A DNA stretch of 64,000 nucleotides from Gammaproteobacteria bacterium (lineage in GTDB: Bacteria > Pseudomonadota > Gammaproteobacteria > UBA4575): contig JAQWYM010000004.1 of NCBI GenBank assembly GCA_029253965.1, forward strand, positions 44,546-108,545, given 5' to 3'. Positions 9,215 through 19,432 of the stretch are shown piece after piece. Position numbers and translations under genes: made by a program. Under the pieces are notes generated by a model. The model saw only the letters and a program-made list of their open reading frames with translations. It was not told the origin of the DNA and did no database searches. Numbering within the stretch: the first letter of the stretch is position 1; each line of letters opens with the position of its first letter.

Positions 9215-11947
9215 ATGCCTAAGTCAGAAAAGCCATTACTTGTCCTCGTTGACGGGTCTTCCTATTTATACCGTGCATTCCACGGCCTACCGCCGTTGGT
9301 CAATCGTGAAGGTATGCCGACAGGCGCCGTTTATGGTGTCTTACGGATGCTGCGTAAATTGATTGAAGAGTCCTGCCCCGATCGTGTCGGCGTTATCTTC
9401 GATGCCAAAGGTAAAACTTTTCGACACGATATGTATGCCGAATACAAAGCGAATCGACCGCCGATGCCGGACGATCTTCGCGTACAGATCGAACCCTTAT
9501 ATGATGCCATCCGCGCGCTGGGTATGCCGATGCATGCAATCCCAGGGGTTGAGGCTGATGATGTCATTGGCACCCTGGCTAAAGAAGGGGTTGAGGCCGG
9601 CTTTCAAGTACTGATCTCCACCGGTGATAAGGACATGGCGCAGTTAGTTAATGCCGATGTGCGTCTCATCAACACCATGAACAACAGCGTGCTGAAGCCA
9701 GATAGTGTGCATGAGAAATTTGGTGTCTATGCTGAACAGATCATCGATTATCTCGCGTTAATGGGTGACAAGGTCGATAACATTCCGGGTGTCCCCGGGG
9801 TCGGGCCAAAAACTGCTGCGAAGTGGTTAACGCAGTATAAAACCATGCAGGGCGTGATTGAGAATGCCGATCAGATCAGCGGTAAAATCGGTGAGAAACT
9901 GCGTGCAGCATTGCCTCAGTTACCGCTCTCATATGAGTTGGCAACGATTGATTGCGCAGTCCCCCTTGAATTTGTTGCTGATGAGCTACAGATGATGACC
10001 GAGGATAAGGAGCAGCTGCTTTCACTGTATGAGACGTTGGGCTTTAACTCGTGGCTACAGGAACTTCAAGGAGGGCAGGCAAAAACAGCCACTGGCGCAT
10101 CTGCTGCAGCGACTGCGAGCAAGAGCGAGCAGGCCATAGCGGGTGAATATGAATTAATTCTCACTCTAGAACAGTTGCAGCAATGGGCCTTAAAGCTGGC
10201 AACTGCTGAATTGATCGCCTTTGATACCGAGACCGATAGTCTCGATTACATGCAGGCTAATTTAGTCGGTATGTCGTTTGCTGTAGAGGCGGGTAAGGCG
10301 GCTTACTTACCGCTGGCGCATGATTATATTGGCGCTCCGCAACAGATCAGCTTAGAACAAGCGCTGCAAGTGCTGCAGCCGATCTTAGAGGATCCGACAC
10401 GACCTAAGCTAGGGCACAACCTAAAGTATGATAAATCGGTCCTAGCACGTCATGGCGTGCGTCTGTTGGGTATCCAGCACGACACCATGCTGCAATCTTA
10501 TATTAATAACTCAACGGCTAGCCGCCATGATCTAGATAGCCTCTGTCAGCTGCACTTAAATCACGAGAATATTAAGTTCACTGATGTTGCCGGTAAGGGG
10601 GCTAAGCAAGTCACCTTTAATCAGGTGGATTTGGCGGTAGCGCTTGATTATGCCGCTGAAGATGCTGATATGTGCCTGCGCCTACATAACAAACTATGGC
10701 CACGCTTAAGCGCCAATCATCGTGCAGAAAAGCTCTATTGTGAGCTGGAAGTCCCAGTGTTATCTATTTTGTCTGCTGTTGAGCGCAACGGTGTCTTCAT
10801 TGATAAAGCGCTGCTGCAAGAGCAGAGTGGAGAGTTAGCGGTTAAGCTTGAAGCCTTACAAAGCGAAGCCTTTAGCGCAGCAAAGACAGAATTTAATCTT
10901 GATTCACCGAAGCAGCTGCAAAGCATTCTTTTCGAAGAGCTCGGCTTGCCGGTTATCCGTAAAACCCCTAAGGGTCAGCCCTCAACGGCTGAAGATGTCT
11001 TGCAGGAGCTAGCGCAAGACTATGATTTACCTAGAATTATCATTGAATACCGCTCATTAAAGAAGCTCAAGTCGACGTACACCGATAAGTTACCACAGCA
11101 GATTGATGCGGATAGTCAGCGTATCCACACCTCTTACCATCAGGCGGTTGCTGCCACCGGACGGTTGTCGTCCAGTGATCCTAATTTACAAAATATTCCT
11201 ATTCGCAGTGAAGAAGGCCGGCGCATTCGACAAGCCTTTATTGCGATACCGGGACATACCCTGTTGGCCGCTGACTATTCTCAGATTGAGCTGCGTATTA
11301 TGGCGCACCTATCAAAGGATGAACGCCTCTGTGCTGCCTTTGCTGCCGGTGAAGACATCCATAACGCTACTGCAGCTGAGGTGTTCTCAGTCTCTACGGA
11401 ACAGGTCACGAAAGAGCAACGGCGGGCTGCCAAGGCGATTAACTTCGGTCTAATCTACGGTATGTCAGCCTTTGGCTTGGCAAAACAACTGGGGATCAGT
11501 CGATCTGAGGCTGCAGAGTACGTTAATCTTTATTTTGAGCGCTATCCGGGGGTGAAGGCCTATATGGAGAGCACGCGTCTGCGAGCCCACGAGCTTGGCT
11601 ACGTTGAAACCCTCTTTGGTCGACGCTTATATCTGCCAGAAATTGAGTCACGTAATGCACAGCGTAGACAATATGCTGAACGTACCGCGATTAATGCCCC
11701 CATGCAGGGCACCGCGGCCGATATTATTAAGCGCGCCATGCTCAGTGTTAACCAGTGGCTAGAGGCTTCCAGTTACGATGTACGCATCATCATGCAGGTG
11801 CATGATGAATTAGTGTTTGAACTGCCGATAGCGCAGCTCGACGAGGTTAAGCCAGAGATCATCCGTTTGATGTGTGCTGCTGCTGATTTGAGCGTGCCAC
11901 TAGAAGTGGATGCAAACAGTGGTGATAACTGGGATCAGGCGCACTAG
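9215..11947 (+). CDS. polA: DNA polymerase I
   Basis: 910 aa with an N-terminal 5'-3' exonuclease (LVDGSSYLYRAFH), a 3'-5' exonuclease (FDTETDSL) and pol A motifs (DYSQIELR, RRAAKAINFGLIYG, QVHDE). Confidence 0.97.
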   Translation: MPKSEKPLLVLVDGSSYLYRAFHGLPPLVNREGMPTGAVYGVLRMLRKLIEESCPDRVGVIFDAKGKTFRHDMYAEYKANRPPMPDDLRVQIEPLYDAIRALGMPMHAIPGVEADDVIGTLAKEGVEAGFQVLISTGDKDMAQLVNADVRLINTMNNSVLKPDSVHEKFGVYAEQIIDYLALMGDKVDNIPGVPGVGPKTAAKWLTQYKTMQGVIENADQISGKIGEKLRAALPQLPLSYELATIDCAVPLEFVADELQMMTEDKEQLLSLYETLGFNSWLQELQGGQAKTATGASAAATASKSEQAIAGEYELILTLEQLQQWALKLATAELIAFDTETDSLDYMQANLVGMSFAVEAGKAAYLPLAHDYIGAPQQISLEQALQVLQPILEDPTRPKLGHNLKYDKSVLARHGVRLLGIQHDTMLQSYINNSTASRHDLDSLCQLHLNHENIKFTDVAGKGAKQVTFNQVDLAVALDYAAEDADMCLRLHNKLWPRLSANHRAEKLYCELEVPVLSILSAVERNGVFIDKALLQEQSGELAVKLEALQSEAFSAAKTEFNLDSPKQLQSILFEELGLPVIRKTPKGQPSTAEDVLQELAQDYDLPRIIIEYRSLKKLKSTYTDKLPQQIDADSQRIHTSYHQAVAATGRLSSSDPNLQNIPIRSEEGRRIRQAFIAIPGHTLLAADYSQIELRIMAHLSKDERLCAAFAAGEDIHNATAAEVFSVSTEQVTKEQRRAAKAINFGLIYGMSAFGLAKQLGISRSEAAEYVNLYFERYPGVKAYMESTRLRAHELGYVETLFGRRLYLPEIESRNAQRRQYAERTAINAPMQGTAADIIKRAMLSVNQWLEASSYDVRIIMQVHDELVFELPIAQLDEVKPEIIRLMCAAADLSVPLEVDANSGDNWDQAH

Positions 11948-12097
11948 AGCGAATAATAAAATGACTTCATTTATTTTAGAGGTGTTAGTGAACTAATCTC
12001 AATTCAGCGGCTCTATCTATCGTAAGTTCTATGTGTTGATGGCCGCGCTTCCTCTAGCGGTAAGATAAGGCCTACTTTGTAGGTCTTGGCATAATCT

Positions 12098-12130
12098 CCC
12101 CAAGCATCGCCCTGATTCTTGGGGTTTTTT
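12098..12130 (+). terminator. Rho-independent terminator in the polA-engB spacer
   Basis: CCCCAAG...CTTGGGG stem with a 13-nt loop, followed by T6. A second tight hairpin, AGGCCTAC-TTT-GTAGGTCT, lies at 12068-12086. Confidence 0.7.
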
Positions 12131-12154
12131 ATGCCTGTTTTTTCAAAACCCTAT

Positions 12155-12781
12155 CTATTCTGCCGCTTGTTTTGGGTGCAAATCCAACCAACCACAGATT
12201 TTCTCAGAGGCCTCATCTATACCGACCTTGGTCAGTGCTGAGAATAATTGTACGCTGACACCGATCTCGGCAACCTCACTTAACTCTTTACGCACAGCAA
12301 AAAGCTTTTGATTGGCTTGGCTTTTGCCGAGCTTGTCACATTTATTCAGGAGGATATGAATATCGCATTTATTGTAGACACACCATTCCAGCATGGAATA
12401 GTCAGCGTCACGTAAGGGGCGACGAATATCCATCACTAAGACGGTGCCACTCAAGGCCTTTCGAGTCGAATAATAGTGTTCCAGCAGTTTGATCCACTTC
12501 TGTTGTTGCTTAAGCGGTGCCTTAGCGAAGCCATAGCCGGGCAAATCAACCAAACAAGCCTCCTCATTAACCCGAAAAAAGTTGATCAATTGGGTACGTC
12601 CAGGTGTTTTAGAGGTACGTGCCAGCGCTTTTTTTGTACATAAAACGTTCAATGCACTAGATTTACCCGCGTTAGAGCGCCCTGCCATGGCAACTTCAAG
12701 GCCTACGTCATCTGGGAGGTTACTTGCAGCACTAGAGCTTAGGTAGAATTCGGTCTGGGATAATAGTTGTGGATAAGACAT
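12155..12781 (-). CDS. engB: Ribosome biogenesis GTP-binding protein YihA/EngB
   Basis: G1 GRSNAGKSS, G3 DLPGYG and G4 NKCDK motifs. I prefer the start at MSYPQLL (12781); the track ORF extends 33 codons further upstream. Confidence 0.9.
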   Translation of the reverse strand: MSYPQLLSQTEFYLSSSAASNLPDDVGLEVAMAGRSNAGKSSALNVLCTKKALARTSKTPGRTQLINFFRVNEEACLVDLPGYGFAKAPLKQQQKWIKLLEHYYSTRKALSGTVLVMDIRRPLRDADYSMLEWCVYNKCDIHILLNKCDKLGKSQANQKLFAVRKELSEVAEIGVSVQLFSALTKVGIDEASEKICGWLDLHPKQAAE

Positions 12782-12898
12782 AGGGCTTTCAGTTGGTTTG
12801 TTTTGCGGCGTATCGAGCTTTCGTGGTATATAAGAGCGCGTCGAAAAAAGATTGATGATAGCGCAGTTTAAACCGCTCACGCATATTGGGAAGAGTAC

Positions 12899-13504
12899 AT
12901 GAAAAAATTAATTCAGTTGGCTTTAGTTGGTTCAGTTTTGATCGGACAGGGCCTTATGGCACAGGGTGATGTTGAAGCCGGTAAGGCGAAGGCTGCGGCC
13001 TGTGCGGCGTGCCACGGCGCGGATGGTAACAGTATGAATCCAGCGTGGCCGAAATTGGCTGGGCAGGGCGCCAAATATATTGCAACACAGCTTAAGCACT
13101 TCAAATCAGGTGCACGTAAAAACGCCTTGATGCAAGGCCAAGCCATGGCGCTATCACCGCAGGATATGCAAGATCTAGGTGCCTATTACGCCAGTCTAAC
13201 GACGTCACCGAATGCCGCTAACCCAGATACACTGGAGTTAGGTCAGGCGATCTATCGCGGTGGCATCATGAAGAAGAACGTCGCTGCTTGTATGGCCTGT
13301 CATTCACCTGATGGTGTTGGCAACCCAAGTGCTGCCTTCCCTAAGCTTGCCGGTCAACACGCCGACTACACCGAAGCGCAGTTAAAGTCGTATCGTGCTA
13401 ATGAGCGTGATTATGACAGTGCTAAAATCATGAGTGGTGTTACGGAACGTATGACAGACGAAGAAATACGAGCGGTTGCTGAATATATTGCTGGACTACA
13501 TTAG
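12899..13504 (+). CDS. Dihaem cytochrome c4
   Basis: Signal peptide and two CxxCH haem-binding motifs (CAACH, CMACH) in two repeated domains. 201 aa. Confidence 0.88.
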   Translation: MKKLIQLALVGSVLIGQGLMAQGDVEAGKAKAAACAACHGADGNSMNPAWPKLAGQGAKYIATQLKHFKSGARKNALMQGQAMALSPQDMQDLGAYYASLTTSPNAANPDTLELGQAIYRGGIMKKNVAACMACHSPDGVGNPSAAFPKLAGQHADYTEAQLKSYRANERDYDSAKIMSGVTERMTDEEIRAVAEYIAGLH

Positions 13505-13580
13505 TAGTTGAGAGTGAACTTAATGATAAAGGTTCACTCTGAGTATTACTTTTTGTACCAATAACTAGAGGTCGTCAAAC

Positions 13581-14216
13581 ATGTTGCAACTGATTCGAAC
13601 TGGATTCTTCACGCTACTGACTAGTGTGCTCATTATGACTGCAGTGCAGGCCGATGGGCATGGACGCTATCGTGAAGGGCAACATTACCTGCGTTTAGCA
13701 ACACCATTGCCGGCCTTAGAGCCTGCTGCTGCAAAGCACGAAGTGGTTGAACTGTTTTGGTATGGCTGTTCGCATTGTAATGATTTTGACCCCTACCTAG
13801 AAGTCTGGAAAGTTAAAACTAAGGCCGATGTTAACTTGGTACGCGTACCGGCCATCTTCAATCCGCGATGGGAGCAGCATGCTCGCGCCTATTACGCACT
13901 AGAGTTGATGGGAGAGCTGGATAACGTGCATACACTGATTTTTGAAGCGATCCATGATCAAGGCAGATCGTTGCATAACGTTGGCTCAATGGCGCGATTC
14001 CTAGCGTCACATGGTGTCGATAAAGATCAATTTCGTGAAGCCTTCGACTCATTTGCTGTTGAGACTAAGATTAATCGCGCGAAGCAGTTGATTAGAGATT
14101 ATCAAGTGACCGGTGTACCGGCTATTATTGTTGATGGTACTTACAAGGTCAGCGGCTCTACAGCCGGTGGATATCAGCAGTTAATCGGTGTCATTGAGCA
14201 ATTAACCAGCGATTAA
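13581..14216 (+). CDS. dsbA: Thiol:disulfide interchange protein DsbA
   Basis: Signal peptide, thioredoxin-fold active site WYGCSHC and a conserved TGVPA cis-Pro loop. Confidence 0.88.
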   Translation: MLQLIRTGFFTLLTSVLIMTAVQADGHGRYREGQHYLRLATPLPALEPAAAKHEVVELFWYGCSHCNDFDPYLEVWKVKTKADVNLVRVPAIFNPRWEQHARAYYALELMGELDNVHTLIFEAIHDQGRSLHNVGSMARFLASHGVDKDQFREAFDSFAVETKINRAKQLIRDYQVTGVPAIIVDGTYKVSGSTAGGYQQLIGVIEQLTSD

Positions 14217-14324
14217 ACCGTAATTAGATTAGCGCCTAGAACATTTGGGCAGTCGCGCAACTAACGGCAATCGCCTATACTTGCGCGCACAATTTATATA
14301 TCAGATTTAGAACGAGGAGTTACC

Positions 14325-14786
14325 TTGGAAGACAAGCAGTTTACTACGTACTTTTTATCCGTACTCGGCGCCTTGGCGGTCTTTACTATTAGTATTTTAA
14401 TCCTAGCTAATAGCTTAACTAGTGAGCCGGATGAAATGGATCGAGGCATGGCGTCAGCGGTTGCTGAACGCACCAAGCCAATGGCTAATGTCTACGTAGG
14501 GTCTGTACCTGTAGCAGCCACGCAAGCCCCAGCAGCGATGAAAGTTGCCGTTGAACTCAGTGGTGAAGAAGTCTATCAGCAGGTTTGTGCTGCCTGTCAT
14601 AACGCCGGCGTTATGAATGCCCCTAAGCCGGGTGATAAGGCCGCTTGGGATCAGCGTCTAGCGAAAGGTATCGATGTGGTTTACGCCAATGCGATCGGCG
14701 GTATCGGTGGCATGCCTGCTAAAGGTGGCCGAGCTGACCTATCAGATGCTGCGGTTAAGGCTGCAGTAGATTACCTCACCAAGTAA
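14325..14786 (+). CDS. Membrane-anchored cytochrome c5 family protein
   Basis: N-terminal TM anchor and a single CAACH haem motif, with a C-terminal GGMPAKGG region typical of c5. Apparent TTG start. Confidence 0.75.
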   Translation: MEDKQFTTYFLSVLGALAVFTISILILANSLTSEPDEMDRGMASAVAERTKPMANVYVGSVPVAATQAPAAMKVAVELSGEEVYQQVCAACHNAGVMNAPKPGDKAAWDQRLAKGIDVVYANAIGGIGGMPAKGGRADLSDAAVKAAVDYLTK

Positions 14787-14792
14787 ACGTTC

Positions 14793-16325
14793 TTACTCTC
14801 TGCTGTCCGAGCGGACAGCATTATGACGCTTGAAGAGCTGTCGATAGCTGGATGCCTCGAGTAGGTGTTGTGCAGAGACAGCCTTGACGTCGGCCATATC
14901 CGCAATAGTCCGTGCGACCCGCAGCAGGCGGTGAAAGCCGCGGCCACTGAGGCGATGCAGTTCACTGATATCTGTAGCACACTGTGCTGACTCTGTATTC
15001 ATCTCGCAGAGAGCCTCTATGACCTGTCCACTGACCCGCGCATTACTCTCACCTTGACGTTGCAGTTGTCGCTGCCGTGCCTGACAAATTCTTTGATAAC
15101 GTGCATCACCGTCATCCAAGGTCGCGCTTAGCGGTGTTTTGCTGAGATTAACTCTAGGCACACTCACGACTAAATCGATTCGATCTAATAACGGGGCAGA
15201 GAGCTTACCCTGATATCTTTGAATCTGTTGTTGGCTACACTGACATTGCCCATAACGATTAATATCACAGCCATTAGGACAGGGATTCATCGCCGCAATT
15301 AATTGAAACCTAGCGGGGAACTCAAGCTGCGCTGCCGCCCTAGAAATAGTGATGCGACCACTCTCCAACGGTTCACGCATAACCTCTAAACAGCTGCGAT
15401 CAAACTCAGTGAGCTCATCTAAAAACAAGACGCCATGATGCGCGAGAGAAATCTCACCGGGCTTGGGTTGCGAGCCACCACCAGCTAAACCATTGGCAGA
15501 AACAGAATGATGCGGATTACGAAATGGACGTTTCATTAATTCAGTTGGTAAGGCCGTTGATGACTGCGCCATAGAATAAATACTCAAAACCTCAATCGCC
15601 TGCTCTGTCGTCATTGCAGGTAATAAGGCCGGCAAGTGATTAGCCAGTAATGTTTTTCCAGAGCCCGGTGAACCAATCATCAACAGGTGATGCTCGCCAG
15701 CAGCAGCCAAGGTTAAGGCACGCTTCGCCTGCTCCTGTCCACGAACAGCAGCAAGGCTATGTGACTGCTTACTGTCATCATGAAAAACTTTAGCCTGCAC
15801 CGGAGAAAGCAGTTGCTGCCCGATCAAGTGGCTACAGATTTGAATTAAATGATCGGCACAAAAAGTTTCTTGGCCTTTGAGTAATTCCAATTCAGCCCGA
15901 TTATCGCTAGCAGTAATCAGCGTGCGCTTATCTTTTAAACAAGCCAAGGCACTGGGTAAGACGCCACGTGTTTTACGTAGCTCACCGCCAAGGCCAAGCT
16001 CAGCAATAAATTCATACTGTTGTAAATGCGCGCAGTGAATTTGTTCGGAAGCAAAGAGAATGCCTAGAGCTATCGGTAAATCAAAGCGGCCACCTTCCTT
16101 GGGTAACTCTGCCGGTGCCAAGTTAACGGTGATACGACGATTAGGAAATTCAAACTGGCTGTTTTTAATCGCCGCTCGAACACGCTCCTTACTTTCACGT
16201 ACAGCCGCCTCAGGTAAGCCAACAATAGAAAAGCAGGGTAGACCATTGGCGAGATCCACCTCGACTAAAACGGCAGTGGCCTGCATACCGGTTTGCGCGC
16301 GACTGTGAATGCGAGCAAGCGCCAT
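14793..16325 (-). CDS. comM: YifB/ComM family Mg-chelatase-like AAA+ ATPase
   Basis: 510 aa with a Lon-protease-like N-terminal domain, Walker A GSPGSGKT, Walker B LFLDE and a cysteine-rich insert. Confidence 0.9.
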   Translation of the reverse strand: MALARIHSRAQTGMQATAVLVEVDLANGLPCFSIVGLPEAAVRESKERVRAAIKNSQFEFPNRRITVNLAPAELPKEGGRFDLPIALGILFASEQIHCAHLQQYEFIAELGLGGELRKTRGVLPSALACLKDKRTLITASDNRAELELLKGQETFCADHLIQICSHLIGQQLLSPVQAKVFHDDSKQSHSLAAVRGQEQAKRALTLAAAGEHHLLMIGSPGSGKTLLANHLPALLPAMTTEQAIEVLSIYSMAQSSTALPTELMKRPFRNPHHSVSANGLAGGGSQPKPGEISLAHHGVLFLDELTEFDRSCLEVMREPLESGRITISRAAAQLEFPARFQLIAAMNPCPNGCDINRYGQCQCSQQQIQRYQGKLSAPLLDRIDLVVSVPRVNLSKTPLSATLDDGDARYQRICQARQRQLQRQGESNARVSGQVIEALCEMNTESAQCATDISELHRLSGRGFHRLLRVARTIADMADVKAVSAQHLLEASSYRQLFKRHNAVRSDSRE

Positions 16326-16399
16326 CAGTGATGTAAAAATTCTAACATGCTCGGCGACTCCTAATCTGAGAGTGAGCCTGACAGACTAACAGTTGCGGT

Positions 16400-16636
16400 T
16401 TACTTTAGTTGATCGAGACGTTGTTCTAGTTGTTCTAAACGCTCACGTGTGCGTAAAAGCACCTGCTTTTGCGTATCAAATTCTTCTCGTGTGACAACAT
16501 CAAGATCTTGCAACAACGATTGCAGGGCAAGTTTCATTTTGTCTTCACCAAAGCTGCGTATGTCTGCAGCATCCTTGGGTAGTAAGGCGCGGAATTTGCT
16601 AATCGCATCTTCCATCGCATGGGTATCAAATTTCAT
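16400..16636 (-). CDS. ubiK: Ubiquinone biosynthesis accessory factor UbiK (YqiC/BMFP family)
   Basis: 78-aa coiled-coil protein. The VVTREEFDTQKQVLLRTRERLEQLEQR region closely matches E. coli YqiC/UbiK. Confidence 0.75.
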   Translation of the reverse strand: MKFDTHAMEDAISKFRALLPKDAADIRSFGEDKMKLALQSLLQDLDVVTREEFDTQKQVLLRTRERLEQLEQRLDQLK

Positions 16637-16804
16637 CGCATCGGTTCCGTTGTGGTTGTGCCCATCTTAGCCTACTCATCGGTTGCCTACGAGCGAACTA
16701 AAGTGGTGCGCCTGTTTCATGACGGTGCAGTCAGTTCTCATGGGGCTGAGTCAAAATGTTGCTAAATATTCATAAGTCTCTGTTAAATAACAATTTATAA
16801 AAGT

Positions 16805-16820
16805 TGGCACGTCATATGCA
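16805..16820 (+). promoter_or_regulatory. Sigma-54 (RpoN) -24/-12 promoter
   Basis: TGGCACGTCATATGCA against the consensus TGGCACG-N4-TTGCW. The GG and GC dinucleotides have correct 10-nt spacing. Lies 67 nt upstream of the porin ATG. Confidence 0.6.
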
Positions 16821-16886
16821 CTATCTCTGATGTAAATTAATATTGATTGCCAAGAAGGCAACAAAGTAAAACGGAGACTTACTTAA

Positions 16887-17570
16887 ATGAGCAATAAAAT
16901 TATTGGTGCGGTTGCTAGCACTGTATTAGGAACAACTCTTTTAACTGCTTCATTCAGCGCAACAGCTGATGATCATCAACTCGCTATCAGTGGTAATGCC
17001 GGAATTATGTCGGATTATATCTTCCGTGGCATCGTCCAAGACGACGCTGTGGGCAATGGTGGTATCGATCTAGAGTTTGGTGGTGCCTATGCAGGTGTTT
17101 GGGCTGCTGATGTCGGTGATGGTATTGAGTATGACATCTACGGCGGTTACATCCATGAATTTGAAAGTGCCTACGTCGGCGCAGGGTACACCGCATACCG
17201 TTACACAGAAGCTAGCTTTGATTCTGATTATGATGAAATCAATCTCTATGCCGGTGCGAGCATGGGTGCAGTGTCTGTAGATCTTGAATACACCATGGGT
17301 GAGTACGACGGTGACTATTCAAATGGTGATGACGAATACACCTTTATGGCGCTAACAGGTAACTACGGTGGCGCTTATGTCACTTACGGTGACTGGGGTA
17401 AAGATGCCGGTGATGACATGGGAAGCTTCTTCGAAGTGGGTTACACCATGGAGCTAGGGGGTATTGAGTTAACAGGCGCGATTGTTGATACAACCGATGC
17501 TGATGCGATTGCAGAGCCAGATGAGACTCAAGCATACGTATCAATACATTGGGGCTTCGACATCCTCTAA
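16887..17570 (+). CDS. TorF-family (TIGR02001-like) putative outer-membrane porin
   Basis: Signal peptide ending SATA-DD. Gly/Tyr/Asp-rich beta-strand pattern (SDYIFRGI, GGIDLEFGG, YDIYGGY) recalled from the TorF/Gcw_chp family. Confidence 0.6.
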   Translation: MSNKIIGAVASTVLGTTLLTASFSATADDHQLAISGNAGIMSDYIFRGIVQDDAVGNGGIDLEFGGAYAGVWAADVGDGIEYDIYGGYIHEFESAYVGAGYTAYRYTEASFDSDYDEINLYAGASMGAVSVDLEYTMGEYDGDYSNGDDEYTFMALTGNYGGAYVTYGDWGKDAGDDMGSFFEVGYTMELGGIELTGAIVDTTDADAIAEPDETQAYVSIHWGFDIL

Positions 17571-17735
17571 GAGCCATCGCGTAGTGGAAGGTGAAGTCTA
17601 TTAGCACCTCATCTTTCACTGCATCAAAGATTTTCGATTTAGTGTGGTTATTAGTCTGTGTATAAAAGGCGGTAACCAGTTAAGAGAGAAAAGTGACTCC
17701 TTAACTTTGATTAGATTGAATTAATCAAAAACTGA

Positions 17736-18095
<360 letters not shown>

Positions 18096-18113
18096 AAGAA
18101 CTAGGAGAGAATC

Positions 18114-19361
18114 GTGGAAAATCAAGTAATCGAACTTGCATATGCGTTAGATACCTTTTACTTCTTAGTAATGGGTGCATTTGTAATGTGGATGGCAGCT
18201 GGCTTCGCAATGTTAGAAGCGGGTTTGGTTCGTTCAAAAAGTACCGTTGAAATTTTAACAAAGAATATAGCGCTTTATTCAATCGCTTCTGTGATGTACA
18301 TGTTATGTGGTTACAACATTATGTACAGTGGCACAGAAAGCACATGGATGCCGTTAGCATTTGACATGCTGACATCAGCTGACAATTCAGCAGCAGACGT
18401 AATAGCCAGTGGTGGTGATACCTACTACTCCGGTTTATCAGATTTCTTTTTCCAAGTGGTATTCGTAGCTACAGCAATGTCTATTGTTTCTGGAGCAGTG
18501 GCTGAGCGTATGAAGCTCTGGTCTTTTTTATTATTCGCAGTGGTTATGTGTGGATTCATTTACCCAGTTCAAGGTTTCTGGAAATGGGGCGGTGGCTTCT
18601 TAGATGCTGCAGGCTTTGCAGATTTTGCAGGTTCAGGTGTTGTTCATCTCTGTGGTGCAACAGCAGCACTAGCCGGTGTAATTTTACTGGGAGCACGTAA
18701 AGGCCGTTATACCGCGTCAGGTAAAGCGGTAGCGATGCCAGGTGCAAATATGCCACTAGCGACCTTGGGTACCTTTATCCTTTGGTTAGGTTGGTTTGGC
18801 TTTAATGGTGGTTCTGAGCTGGTGGTATCTAATGTTGCTGAAGCCAATGCGGTAGCGATGGTTTTTGTTAATACCAATGCCGCAGCAGCGGGTGGTGTTA
18901 TCGCCGCCTTGTTAACAGCTAAAATACTATTTGGTAAAGCAGATCTATCAATGACATTGAACGGCGCACTTGCCGGCCTTGTTGCGATTACTGCTGAACC
19001 ATTAGCTCCTACGCCAGGCTTGGCAACAATCATCGGTGCTATCGGTGGTATTCTAGTTGTCTTCAGTATCATTACCTTCGACAAGTTGAAGTTAGATGAT
19101 CCAGTCGGTGCAATGTCAGTACACGGTGTCGTCGGTTTATGGGGCTTGATAGCAGTTGTTCTTTCGAACACTGATGCGAGCTTAAGTAGCCAGTTATTTG
19201 GCGCAGTGGTTATCTTTGGCTGGACTTTTGTAACCTCAATCATCGCATGGAGCATTATTAAGATGGTGATCGGTATCAGAGTCAGCGAAGAAGATGAAAT
19301 GAATGGTGTTGATATTGCAGAATGCGGTATGGAAGCCTACCCAGAGTTTGTTCGTAAGTAG
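18114..19361 (+). CDS. amtB: Ammonium transporter AmtB
   Basis: 415 aa, polytopic Amt family (DFAGSGVVH, LGWFGFNGGS, SVHGVVG). GTG start with AGGAGA SD. Confidence 0.92.
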   Translation: MENQVIELAYALDTFYFLVMGAFVMWMAAGFAMLEAGLVRSKSTVEILTKNIALYSIASVMYMLCGYNIMYSGTESTWMPLAFDMLTSADNSAADVIASGGDTYYSGLSDFFFQVVFVATAMSIVSGAVAERMKLWSFLLFAVVMCGFIYPVQGFWKWGGGFLDAAGFADFAGSGVVHLCGATAALAGVILLGARKGRYTASGKAVAMPGANMPLATLGTFILWLGWFGFNGGSELVVSNVAEANAVAMVFVNTNAAAAGGVIAALLTAKILFGKADLSMTLNGALAGLVAITAEPLAPTPGLATIIGAIGGILVVFSIITFDKLKLDDPVGAMSVHGVVGLWGLIAVVLSNTDASLSSQLFGAVVIFGWTFVTSIIAWSIIKMVIGIRVSEEDEMNGVDIAECGMEAYPEFVRK

Positions 19362-19392
19362 TTGTTCTCCTCAGCTTAAGTAGTACTCTATT

Positions 19393-19422
19393 AACGCCCC
19401 ATGTAAATGGGGCGTTTTTTTT
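19393..19422 (+). terminator. Rho-independent terminator of amtB
   Basis: AACGCCCCAT-GTAA-ATGGGGCGTT hairpin followed by a T-run. Confidence 0.9.
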
Positions 19423-19432
19423 GCCTAAAACA

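Noticed and set aside
11990-12060. Calling the polA-engB spacer spf (Spot 42) outright
   Set aside because: Only an interrupted match of about 11 nt to the E. coli sequence, and no convincing CRP site (AGTGA-N6-CTCAA is poor). It is kept only as a candidate in the findings.
16700-16735. GGTGC half-sites (tGGTGCgcc...acGGTGCAg) as NtrC enhancer sites for the sigma-54 promoter
   Set aside because: They are direct rather than inverted and do not form the TGCACC-N5-GGTGCA dyad. I cannot support an NtrC call by eye.
18707-19255. 182-aa antisense ORF inside amtB. The same applies to similar shadow ORFs at 1098-1388, 5396-5926, 6681-7670, 28481-28952, 35371-35739, 37791-38153, 50606-50977, 51143-51835 and 59937-60326.
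   Set aside because: All lie entirely within, and antisense or out of frame to, strongly supported genes. Their compositions are typical of shadow frames.
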